In this document: positions 12,140 to 23,259 of the stretch, one piece after another
Layout: each line of letters opens with the position of its first letter
Position numbering within the stretch: the first letter of the stretch is position 1
Source of the DNA: Ranitomeya imitator
Taxonomy: Eukaryota
Assembly: GCF_032444005.1 (NCBI RefSeq)
Contig: NC_091282.1
Span: 2,728,001 to 2,792,000 of the forward strand
Direction: 5' to 3'
Length of the DNA stretch: 64,000 nucleotides
The notes under the pieces: model-generated
Seen by the model: the letters and a program-made list of their open reading frames with translations, nothing else
What the model was told of the DNA's origin: nothing
Databases searched by the model: none
Translations under genes and position numbers: made by a program

Positions 12140-12334
12140 GGGGCAGCACGGTGGCTCAGTGGTTAGCACTGCAAGGAGTTTGTATGTTCTCCCCGTGTTT
12201 GTGTGGGTTTCCTCCGGGTTCTCCGGTTTCCTCCCACATTCCAAAGACATACTGATAGGGAATGTAGATTGTGAGCCCCATCGGGGACAGCGATGATAAT
12301 GTGTGTAAAGCGCTGCGGAATATGTAATTATTAT
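12140..12334 (+). mobile_element. tRNA-derived V-SINE-like element with an L2-type 3' end, internally deleted
   Basis: A-box GGTGGCTCAGTGG, V-domain-like tgtatgttctccccgtgtttg...ggtttcctccc, and 3' motifs TGTAGATTGTGAGCCC and TGTAAAGCGC shared with the L2 in this window. Ends in an (ATT)n tail. Confidence 0.8.
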
Positions 12335-12942
12335 TGTGCGACCTCTCCGTCAATGAGGCTGAACCTGTGTACCATTTCTCCGCAGGATTATGGGCCGTTC
12401 ATCCCCTTGTACAGCCGGGAGCGCGAGCAATGGACTCCAGCACAGCGTCTCCCCTCCCCACTACTGCCCCCCAACACTGGTAAGACCACCGAAATGTGAT
12501 CCTGCATGTCATAGAAAATATTAAACATTCATTGAAATCACTCCTATCCCCACTCCTCCGTTTTTCTTCCCTCTCCCGTTCGCCATAACCCAGCAAGGTA
12601 GCACTGAAAGGTGCCTCTATGTAAGATGGCCGAGATGTCAGGACAAAGGCCATGAGGATGCATATTGTGCATTATAGGACAGCGGTCACTGAGGCCGGAG
12701 AGTTGGACAACAAAGCGGAGGAAACCTTCAGTCCCCAGGAAACACGCTGTCCGATCAGGGGAAATATTTCACATGCGCACCTGCGACAGACTCCGATAGA
12801 AAACAGAATATTGGAATTTCTATACATAGACTTTTTTGGCACCGGGGTTAACCAGGGAAACAGATACGTATTTTCTAATAATTCTAACCTACACGTTACC
12901 GCCAGCAGCTAGGCCATGTTTAGGTTCTTAAGTATAGGTGAA

Positions 12943-13551
12943 TGTGACGGGGTGTACGGCAGAGCAAGAAGGGACAACAGGCCGAGGGATGATTCCACAG
13001 ATTTATTATCAAGAACGCTGGAACAACACATGCAGGTAGATCTACAGAGTCCACAATTAGTCCAACAGAACAGGTTCGGGGGCACCTCCCGATAATCCTT
13101 GTGCCAGCTAACAAAGCAATAGTCCACAATTAGTCCAAGGGATCCCAAAACAATCCCACGAACGACGAGATATGTCCTCAGCTCAAGTCTCGCCCCTTTC
13201 TCTTCCGCAGTCCCAGATGGACATGGGGTCTTGCCTCAGCTAAGAATCCCCACTCCTTCTCCTTCAAGGATCAACTCACATCTGATCTCAAAATAAGAAT
13301 GGATTGTCTGAGCTCCTGGGATCCGCCCATGAAGGGGGGTCACACCTTCTATTCAATGGTTGGGTCCACCAGAAGATTCTAGACTGGTGGCTCCGCTTAA
13401 TCTATGTAGTATGTACATTTGACTAGCCACCTGCTGTGAGGAGGAATGGCTATTCCTCCACTAGTGATGTTGACAAAGCTTAATTACATTATAGCTCGGG
13501 GCTGCAAGTATTGGGGGAAGGAGACAGGTTAGTTACATACACCCCATGACA
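12943..13551 (-). mobile_element. Solo LTR
   Basis: Inverted termini TGTGACGGGGTGTA...TACACCCCATGACA, with tttatt near the left end. The flanking 5-mers match only 3/5, so the TSD is uncertain. Confidence 0.7.
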
Positions 13552-13642
13552 TTGCAAAATGTACAGTAAATACAACGAAAGAGAAGTCGCATCACATCCT
13601 GACATATTATACAAAAAACAGGACAGGGAAAAAAGTACAGAT

Positions 13643-15127
13643 CATGACGGTCTCAGCACCATTATCGGGGGGCTGGCACCATTATCGGGGGCTGGGCACC
13701 GTTATCGGGGGCTTGGCACCGTTATCGGGACCTCAGCACCATTATCAGCACCATTATCGGGGGCTCGATACCGTTATCGGGACCTCGGCACCGTTATCGG
13801 GGGCTGGGCACCGTTATCGGGGGCTTGGCACCGTTATCGGGGGGCTCTGCACCGTTATCGGGGGGCTTTGCACCATTTTCGGGGGCTCTGCACCCTTACC
13901 GGGGCTCTGCATCGGGGGGCTGGGCATCGTTATCGGGGGCTGGGCATCGTTATCGGGGGCTGGGCACCGTTATCGGGGGCTCTGCACCGTTATCGGGGGC
14001 TCTGCACCGTTATCGGTGGGCTGGCACCGTTATCGGGGGGCTGGCACCTTTATCGGGGGCTGCGCACCGTTATCGGGGGCTTGGCACCGTTATCGGGACC
14101 TCAGCACCATTATCAGCACCATTATCGGGGGCTCGATACCGTTATCGGGACCTCGGCACCATTATCGGCACCGTTATCGGGCGCTCGGCACCGTTATCGG
14201 GGGCTGGGCACCGTTATCGGGGGGCTCTGCACCGTTATCGGGGGGCTTTGCACCATTTTCGGGGGCTCTGCACCCTTACCGGGGCTCTGCATCGGGGGCT
14301 CGGCACCGTTGTCGAGGGCTCGGCACCGTTGTCAGGGGCTCGGCACCGTTGTCGGGGGCTCGGCACCATTATCGGGGGCTGGGCACCGTTTATCGGGGGC
14401 TGGGCACCGTTTATCGGGGGCTCGGCACCGTTGTCGAGGGCTTGGCACCGTTGTCGAGGGCTGGGCACAGTTATCAGGGACTCTGCACCGTTATCGGGGG
14501 CTCTGCACCGTTATCGGGGGCTGGGCACCGTTATCGGGGGCTCGGCACCCTTACCGGGGGCTCTGCACCATTTTCGGGGGCTCTGCACCCTTATCGGGGG
14601 CTGGGCACCGTTTATCGGGGGCTGGGCACCGTTGTCGAGGGCTCGGCACCGTTGTCGGGGGCTCGGCACCGTTGTCGGGGGCTCGGCACCGTTGTCGGGG
14701 GCTCGGCACTGTTATCAGGGGCTCGGCACCGTTATCGGGGGCTGGGCATCGTTATCGGTGGCTGGGCACAGTTATCAGGGACTCTGCACCGTTATCGGGG
14801 GCTCTGCACCGTTATCGGGGGCTAGGCACCGTTATCGGGGGCTCGGCACCCTTACCGGGGGCTCTGCACCATTTTCGGGGGCTCTGCACCCTTATCGGGG
14901 GCTGGGCACCGTTTATCGGGGGCTGGGCACCGTTTATCGGGGGCTGGGCACCGTTGTCGGGGGCTCGGCACCATTATCGGGGGCTGGGCACCGTTTATCG
15001 GGGGCTGGGCACCGTTTATCGGGGGCTCGGCACCGTTGTCGAGGGCTTGGCACCGTTGTCGAGGGCTCGGCACCGTTGTCGGGGGCTTGGCACTGTTATC
15101 GGGGGCTCGGCACCGTTATCGGGGGCA
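13643..15127. repeat. GC-rich 20-21-bp minisatellite (GGCACCGTTATCGGGGGCT[C/G]), about 70 copies
   Basis: Visible periodicity; it produces three open frames of repetitive peptide. Confidence 0.95.
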
Positions 15128-15369
15128 GGCTGAGCGCTCTCCGGGTTCTCACTCTTTCCTTTATATTTGCAGACTGTGCTTTTCCTCCGGTCACTGAATT
15201 CGATCTGGTTTATAGGAAGACGGCGTGTGTGCGTGACACGAGGCCGCGAGTGGCCGGGGTGTCGCTCGCCTTCAGCAGACAGGTCAGTCGCCTTCTGGTT
15301 CTAGTGGTAGGACCCTCGGAGAGTTCCTCCGTGGCTGCAGAGAGGGGGGTACATGGAATGCACATTGGC

Positions 15370-15480
15370 TTGTAATGGCTGAGAAAGGCTCTCCATGAGC
15401 CGAAACGTCGCTGCAATGGGCTATTAAAATTTATCACCTTTAAAACTTCAACTCTCAATGGTGTGCTGCCTCTAATCTTT
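15370..15480 (+). other. Penelope-like terminal sequence with a degenerate minimal hammerhead-ribozyme motif
   Basis: CTGAGAA (15379-85), stem GGCTC/GAGCC, then GAAACGTC, followed by attaaa. The core has G8>A and helix I is imperfect. Confidence 0.4.
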
Positions 15481-15845
15481 TTTGGACTCTCTGTAATGTA
15501 CAGTGGGTACGGAAAGTATTCAGACCCCTTTTAAAATTTTCACTCTTTGTTTCATTGCAGCCATTTGGTAAATTCTAAAAAGTTCATTTTTTCTCATTAA
15601 TGTGCACTCTGCTCCCCATCTTGACTGAAAAAAGAACAGAAATGTCGAAATTTTTGCAAATGTAATAAAAAAAGAAAAACTGAACTATCCCATGGTCATA
15701 AGTCTTCAGCCCCTTTGCTCAGTATTGGGTAGAAGCCCCTTTTGAGCTCGTACAGCCATGAGCCTTCTTGGGAATGATGCAACAAGTTTTTCACCCCTGG
15801 ATTTGGGGATCCTCGGCCATTCTTCCTTGCAGATCCTCTCCAGTT

Positions 15846-17690
15846 ATTTTTTTTGTATTATTTATTATTATAGCGCCATTTATTCCATGGCGCTTTACAT
15901 GTGAGGAGCGGTATACATAATAAAAACAAGTACAATAATCTTGAACAATACAAGTCATAACTGGTACAGGAGGAGAGAGGACCCTGCCCGCGAAGGCTCA
16001 CAATCTACAAGGGATGGGTGAGGATACAGGAGGAGAGAGGACCCTGCCCGCGAGGGCTCACAATCTACAAGGGATGGGTGAGGATACAGGAGGAGAGAGG
16101 ACCCTGCCCGCGAAGGCTCACAATCTACAAGGGATGGGTGAGGATACAGGAGGAGAGAGGACCCTGCCCGCGAGGGCTCACAATTTACAAGGGATGGGTG
16201 AGGATACAGTAGGAGAGAGGACCCTGCCCGCGAGGGCTCACAATCTACAAGGGATGGGTGAGAATACAGGAGGAGAGAGGACCCTGCCCGCGAGGGCTCA
16301 CAATCTACAAGGGATGGGTGAGGATGCAGGAGGAGAGGGGACCCTGCCCGCGAGGGCTCACAATCTACAAGGGATGGGTGAGGATACAGGAGGAGAGAGG
16401 ACCCTGCCCGCGAGGGCTCACAATCTACAAGGGATGGGTGAGGATACAGGAGGAGAGAGGACCCTGCCCGCGAGGGCTCACAGTCTACAAGGAATGGGTG
16501 AGGATACAGGAGGAGAGAGGACCCTGCCCGCGAGGGCTCACAATCTACAAGGGATGGGTGAGGATACAGTAGGAGAGAGGACCCTGCCCGCGAGGGCTCA
16601 CAATCTACAAGGGGTGGGTGAGGATGCAGGAGGAGAGAGGACCCTGCCCGCGAGGGCTCACAATCTACAAGGGATGGGTGAGGATACAGGAGGAGAGAGG
16701 ACCCTGCCCGCGAGGGCTCACAATCTACAAGGGATGGGTGAGGATACAGGAGGAGAGAGGACCCTGCCCGCGAGGGCTCACAATCTACAAGGGATGGGTG
16801 AGGATACAGGAGGAGAGAGGACCCTGCACACGAGGGCTCACAATCTACAAGGGATGGGTGAGGATACAGGAGGAGAGAGGACCCTGCCCGCGAGGGCTCA
16901 CAATCTACAAGGGATGGGTGAGGATACAGGAGGAGAGAGGACCCTGCCCGCGAGGGCTCACAATCTACAAGGGATGGGTGAGGATACAGGAGGAGAGAGG
17001 ACCCTGCCCGCGAGGGCTCACAATCTACAAGGGATGGGTGAGGATACAGGAGGAGAGAGGACCCTGCCCGCGAGGGCTCACAATCTACAAGGGATGGGTG
17101 AGGATACAGGAGGAGAGAGGACCCTGCCCACGAGGGCTCACAATCTACAAGGGATGGGTGAGGATACAGTAGGTGAGGGTAGAGCTGGCCGTGCAGCGGT
17201 TTGGTCGGTCAGTGGTTACTGCAGGTTGTAGGCTTGTCGGAAGAGGTGGGTCTTCAGGTTCTTTTTGAAGGTTTCGATGGTAGGCGAGAGTCTGATGTGT
17301 TGTGGTAGAGGGTTCCAGAGTAGGGGGGATGCGCGAGAGAAATCTTGTATGCGATTGTGGGAAGAGGAGATAAGAGGGGAGTAGAGGAGGAGATCTTGTG
17401 AGGATCGGAGGTTGCGTGTAGGTAAGTACCGGGAGATGAGGTCACAGATGTATGGAGGAGACAGGTTGTGGATGGCTTTGTATGTCATGGTTAGGGTTTT
17501 GAACTGGAGTCTCTGGGCAATAGGAAGCCAGTGAAGGGATTGACAGAGGGGAGAGGTCGGGGAATAGCGGGGGGACAGGTGGATTAGTCGGGCAGCAGAG
17601 TTTAGAATAGTTTGGAGGGTTGCGAGAGTGTTAGAGGGGAGGCCACAGAGCAGAAGGCTGCAGTAGTCAAGGCGGGAGATAATGATGGCA
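15846..17690 (-). mobile_element. L2-clade LINE, 3' part of the outer copy (ORF2 C-terminus, 3' UTR, ATT-rich tail)
   Basis: [14 protein letters not shown]...HLFRQAYNLQ*, tail at 15846-15870, and continuation at 19537. Confidence 0.88.
15966..17165. repeat. 20 tandem copies of a 60-bp unit of the L2 3' UTR
   Basis: Exact 60-bp period over 20 lines. A single copy of the same unit is present in the second L2 at ~17808-17865. Confidence 0.96.
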
Positions 17691-19536
17691 TTTATTATTA
17701 TTATTATTATTATTATTATAAATTTTTATAGCGCCATTTATTCCATGGCGCTTTACACGTGGAAGGGGCAAATATAGACAAGTACAAAACAAGGCACACA
17801 CAAGTACAGGAGAGAGGACCCTGCCCGCGAGGGCTCACAGTCTACAGGTGATGGGTGAGGATACACTAGAAGAGGGTAGAGCAGGTTGTGTGGCGGTTCA
17901 GCAGGCTAAGGATCAGTGCAGGCTGTAGGCCTGTTGGAAGAGGTGAGTCTTCAGGATCTTTTTGAAGGTTTCTATGGTAGGTGAGAGTCTGTGTTATGGT
18001 AGAGAGTTCCAGAGTATGGGGGAAGAACGAGAGAAATCTTGTATACGATTGTGGGAAGAGGAGATAATAGGGGAGTAGAGAAGGAGATCTTGAGAGGATC
18101 GAAGGTTGCGTGTAGGTAGGTAGCGGGAGACCATGTCACAGATGTATGGAGGAGACAGGTTGTGGATGGCTTTGTATGTCATAGTAAGGGTTTTGAACTG
18201 GAGCCTCTGGACAATAGGAAGCCAGTGAAGGGCTTGGCAGAGAGGGGAGGCTGGGGAATAAGGGGTAGACAGGTGGATTAATCGGGTAGCAGAGTGTAGG
18301 ATGGATTGGAGAGGTGCTGGAGGGGAGGCCAGAGAGAGGAAGTTGCAGTAGTTGAGGCGGGAGATGACGAGGGCATGCACTAGCGTTTTTGTGGATTCAT
18401 GGTCAAGGAATGCACGGATCCGGGAAATGTTTTTGAGTTTGAGACGGCAGGAGGAGGCAAGGGCTTGGATATGTGGCTTGAAAGAGAGGGCAGAGTCGAG
18501 GATCACCCTGAGGCACCGAGCGTGTGGGACTGGGGAAAGTGAGCAGCCATTGACATTGATGGATAGGTCTGGTGGAGGGATAGAGTGAGATGGGTGAAAG
18601 ATGATGAATTCTGTTTTGTCCATGTTCAGTTTTAGAAAACGAGCAGAAAAGAAGGATGAAATAGCTGACAGACATTTTGGGATTTTGGTCAGTAAGGAAG
18701 TTAAGTCAGGTCCAGATAGGTAGATCTGCGTGTCATCAGCGTAGAGATGATACTGTAAACCGTGGGAATCTATGAGCCGTCCCGGGCCAAAGGTGTAGAT
18801 GGAGAAGAGTAGGGGCCCTGGGACTGAGCCTTGAGGAACACCGACAGACGGGGCGAGATGAGGAGGTGGTGTGGGGGAGGGAGACACTGAATGTTCTGTG
18901 TGTCAGATATGACGAGATCCAGGAAAGAGCCAAGTCTGTGATGCCAAGAGAGGAGAGGATCTGTAGCAGGAGGGAGTGGTCCACAGTGTCAAAGGCAGAG
19001 GACAGGTCCAGGAGAAGGAGGACAGAGCAGTGTCGCTTGCTCTTGGCGGTTAGTAGCTCATTTGTGACTTTAGTTAGGGCAGTTTCAGTTGAGTGATGTG
19101 GTCGGAAGTCAGATTGTAACGGGTCAAAGAGGGAGCAGGAGGAGAGGTGGGAAGACAATTCAAGATGGACGTGCTGTTCCAGTAGTTTTGAGGCATAAGA
19201 GAGAAGAGATATCGGGTGATAGCTAGATACAGAGGATGGGTCTAGGGAGTGGTTTTTGAGGATGGGTGTGATCGAGGCATGCTTGAAGGATGAGGAGAAG
19301 ACACCATTTGTAAGTGAGAGGTTGAAGACGTGTGTTGGGGTTGGGATGAAGACTGTGGCGAGGTTAGGGATGAGGTGGGACAAGAGGGGGTCAAGCATGC
19401 AAGTGGTGAGATGTGATCTTGACAGGAGGGTGGAGAGCTGATCTTCTGTCATGGTGGAGAAGCTGATTTTGGAGGAACAGGGTTGAGCAGCTAAGAGGGG
19501 CATTGGGGCCTGCGGGCCATACCTTTCTCTGATCGT
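17691..19536 (-). mobile_element. Second, 5'-truncated L2 copy inserted into the first in the same orientation
   Basis: It has its own (ATT)n tail at ~17691-17720. RT motifs DLSSAFDTVDH, PQGSV.GP and YADDTQ are present, with frameshifts. Confidence 0.85.
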
Positions 19537-20626
19537 ACTAGGGTTTTTGCAGATAATTGGTTGAGGAATGTATGGATCCGGGACATATTTTTGAGTTGAA
19601 CTCTGCAGGATGTGGAAAGGACTTGGATATGTGGTTTGAAGGAGAGATCAGAGTCGAGAATTACCCCGCGGCAGTGAGCTTATGGGACTAATGAGAGTGA
19701 GCAGCCATTTGCTTTAATGAATAGGTCCATTGGGGAGTTCGAGTGAGATGGGGAAAAGATGATGAATTCTGTTTTGTCCATAAGTTTTAGAAATCTAGCA
19801 GAGAAGAAGGATGAAATAGTGGACAGACATTGAGGGATTCTGGTTAGAAGGGAGGTGATATCTGGTCCAGAGATGTAGATCTGTGTGTCATCAGCATAGA
19901 GATGATACTGAAAGCCATGAGATTCCATGAGCTGTCCCAGGCCAAAGGTGTAAATGGAGAAGAGCAGGGGCCCAAGGACTGAACCTTGTGGGACTCCGAC
20001 AGATAGGGGGCGAGGTGAGGAGGTGGTGTGTGAGTGGGAGACGCTGAATGTCCGGTCTGTTAGGTATGATGTGATCCAAGATAGGGCCAAGTCTGTGATG
20101 CCAAGGGATGAGAGGGTCTGTAGTAATAGAGAGTGGTCCACTGTGTCACTGTGTCAGAGGAGAGGTCCAGGAGAAGGAGGACAGAGTAGTGTCGCTTGGC
20201 TTTGGCAGTTAATAGGTAATTGATGGCTTTAGTTAGGGCAGTTTCAGTGGAGTGGTGTGATCGGAAGCCACATTGTAAGTGGTCAAAGAGGGAGCAGGAA
20301 GATAGATGGGAGGACAGTTCAAGATGGACGTGTTGTTACAGTAGTTTTGAGGCATAGGCGAGAAGTGATACAGGGGCGATGGCTAGATACAGAGGATGGG
20401 TCAAGAGAGGGCTTTTTGAGGATCTATGTGATTGAGGCATGTTTGAAGCATGAGGGGAAAACACCAGTTGTTAGTGATAGGTTGAAGAGATGGGTTAAGG
20501 CTGGGATGAAGACTGTGGTGAGGTTTGGGATGAAGTGGGATGGAATCGGGTCGAGTGCACAGGTGGTGAGATGTGATCTTCAGAGTAGAGTGGAGAGTCG
20601 ATCTTCTATGATGGTGGATAAGTTAG
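19537..20626 (-). mobile_element. L2 outer copy, 5' (RT) part
   Basis: It resumes exactly where 17690 stops when aligned to the inner copy (ggcat|gtactagggtttt). [10 protein letters not shown] and YADDTQ motifs are present. Confidence 0.8.
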
Positions 20627-20639
20627 TCCAGTTCCATCA

Positions 20640-21540
20640 GGTTGGATGGTGAACGTTGGTGGACGTCATTTTCAGGCCTCCAGAGATGCTCCATTAGGTT
20701 TAGGTCAGGGCTCTGGCTGGGCCGGTCAAGAATGGTCACAGAGTTTTTCTGAAGCCGCTCCTTTGTTATTTTAGCTGTGTGCTTAAGGTCATTGTCTTGT
20801 TGGAAGGTGATCCTTCGGCAATGTCTGAGGTCCAGAGCACTCTGGAAGAGGTTTTCATCCAGAATATCTCTGTACTTGGCCGCATTCATGTTTCCTTCAA
20901 TGACAGCCAGTCGTCCCGTCCCTGTAGCTGAAAAAGACCCCCATAGCATGATGCTGCCTCCACCATGTTTCACTGTTGGGATTGTATTGGGCAGGTGATG
21001 AGCAGTGCCTGGTTTTCTCCACACATACCGCTTAGAATTATCACCAAAAAGGTCTATCTTCGTCTCATCAGACCAGAGAATCTCATTTCTCATAGTCTGG
21101 GAGTCCTTTGTGTGTTTTTTTAGCAAATTCTCTGCGGACTTTCATATGTCTTGCACTGAGGAGTGGCTTCCGTCGGCCACTCTGCCTTAAAGGCCTGACT
21201 GGTGGAGGGCTGCAGTGATGGTTGACTTTGTGGAACTTTCTCCCATCTCCGTACTACATCTCTGGAGCTCAGCCACAGTGATCTTGGGTTCTTCTTTACC
21301 TCTCTCCAAGGCTCTTCTCCCACGATTGCTCAGTTTGGCTGGACGGCCAGGTCTAGGAAGACTTCTGGAGGTCCCAAACTTCTTCCATTTAAGGATTATG
21401 GAGGCCACTGTGCTCTTAGGAACCTTGAGTACTGCAGAAATTCTGTTGTAACCTTGGCCAGATCTGTGCCTTGCCACAATTCTGTCTCTGAGCTCCTTTG
21501 CCAGTTCCTTTGACCTCATGATTCTCATTTGGTCTGCCAT
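20640..21540 (-). pseudogene. Tc1 transposase A (frameshifted)
   Basis: HTH region (ELRDRIVARHRSG...PGRP), then WSDETK, FQQDND and SPDLNLMEHLW, the DDE motifs. Confidence 0.9.
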
Positions 21541-22619
21541 GCACTGAGCTGTGAGGTCTTATATAGACAGGTGTGCGCCGCTCCAAATCAAGTCCTATCA
21601 GTGTAATTACACACAGCTTTACTCCAATGAATGAGTAGAAGTATCTCAGGGAGGATCACAAGGAAATGGACAGCATGGGACTTACATACGAGAGTCTGAG
21701 CAAAGGGGCTGAATACTTATGACCATGGGATATTTCAGTTTTTCTTTATTAAATTTGCAAAAATTTCTACATTTGTTTTTTTTTTTTCAGCCAAGATGTG
21801 GTGCAGAGTGGACATTAATATGAGAGAAAAAAATGAACTTTTTTTTTCTTTTACCAAATGGCTGCAATGAAACCAGAGTGAAAAATGTAAAGGGGTCTGA
21901 ATACTTTCTGTACCCACTGTGTATATTCCATTACAGCACTATAGAACAGCTGGACCCAATATCTCATGGTGGGAGATCTGACCGACCAGTGAGCTTCTAC
22001 ATGCCACAAAGGTCCGTTCTCACTTTGTGCTTCAATATCTACGATTAATGGCAGATCTCGGTAGGTCGATTTCAGGCGGCTCTCTGTGAAGTGGCTCTCT
22101 GTGATGCGGCTCTTGGTGGCATGACCTTGGTGGGTGCTGCCTCAGTCATCTCTTGGTGGGGCTGCTCTTGTTGAAGCCTTCGTTGGGGCGGTCTAGGTGG
22201 TGCAGCCTTGGTTGGGCGGCCTCAGGAAGCTCTCGGCACTGCCTTGGTGAGGCGGCTCTCGGTGTGACGGCCTCAGGCATCTAATGGTGGGGCGGCCTCA
22301 AGTAGCTCTTGATGAGGCGGCTCTTTGTGGGGTGGCTCTCGGTGAGCGGCCTTATGGCTCTTGGTGGGGCAGCTCTCGTGGTTCGGCCTTCGTGAGGTGG
22401 TCTCGGGGATGTTGGTGGTGGGGGATGATGGTTGTGGGGATAGTGGGTGTTGGGATGGTGGTTGTGGGGATGGTGATGTTTTGTTTTGTTTTCCATAGAT
22501 GAGTCGCTTCTGTTGGGATCATAGCAGCATCGCCTTCCAGTGTATGGGCCGAGTCCTGGAGCCACACTGCTATGTGGGAGACGCCTATCTAACGGTGAGA
22601 CCCCCAAGAGTGTCACACT

Positions 22620-23230
22620 ACACGGGGGACAGGGGTGAGAGAGTGTCACGTTACACACGGGGGGGTGAGAGAGTGTCGTGTTACACACGGTGGGTGAGAG
22701 TGTTGCGTTACACATAGGTGGTGAGAGAGTGTCTCATTTTACACGGGGGTGAGAGAGTGTTGCGTTACACACGGTGGGTGAGAGTGTCACGTTACACACG
22801 GTGGGTGAGAGTCACGTTACACACGGTGGGTGAGAGTGTTGCGTTACACATAGGTGGTGAGAGAGTGTCTCATTTTACACGGGGGTGAGAGAGTGTTGCG
22901 TTACACACGGTGGGTGAGAGTGTCACGTTACACACGGTGGGTGAGAGTCACGTTACACACGGTGGGTGAGAGTGTTGCGTTACACAAGGCGGGGGTGAGA
23001 GTATCGTGTTACATTCGGTGGGTGAGAGTATCGTGTTACATTCGGTGGGTGAGAGTCACGTTACACACGGTGGGTGAGAGTGTTGCGTTACATACGGGGG
23101 TGAGAGTGTTACGTTACACACGGGGGTGAGAGAGTGTCTCATTACGCTCGGGGGAGAGACACACGGGGGAGGGAGGGGGGGGTGAGAAAGGGTCGCATTA
23201 CACACGGGGGAAAGAGTGTCACGTTACACG
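22620..23230. repeat. ~27-29-bp minisatellite (GAGAGTGTCACGTTACACACGGTGGGT) with a ~136-bp block duplication
   Basis: Visible periodicity; taggtggtgagagagtgtctcatttt occurs at 22715 and 22851. Confidence 0.85.
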
Positions 23231-23259
23231 CGGGGAAGCCCAGGAGCATTGGTCTGAGC

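Larger units (their letters stand above)
15501..21919 (-). mobile_element. Tc1/mariner transposon A, interrupted by L2 elements (15846-20626)
   Basis: TIRs are CAGTGGGTACGGAAAGTATTCAGACCCC and GGGGTCTGAATACTTTCTGTACCCACTG, with TA on the left. The two halves join at TCCAGTT, which is duplicated at 15839-45 and 20627-33. Confidence 0.9.

Noticed and set aside
12140-12180. tRNA gene
   Set aside because: Only an A-box is present, with no B-box or cloverleaf; it is the head of a SINE.
13559-15375. 393-524-aa Gly-rich ORFs
   Set aside because: Translations of a 20-21-bp minisatellite, open in all frames.
16014-17231. 405-aa repeat ORF (MGEDTGGERTLPARAHNLQG)n
   Set aside because: Antisense reading of the 60-bp L2 3' UTR array.
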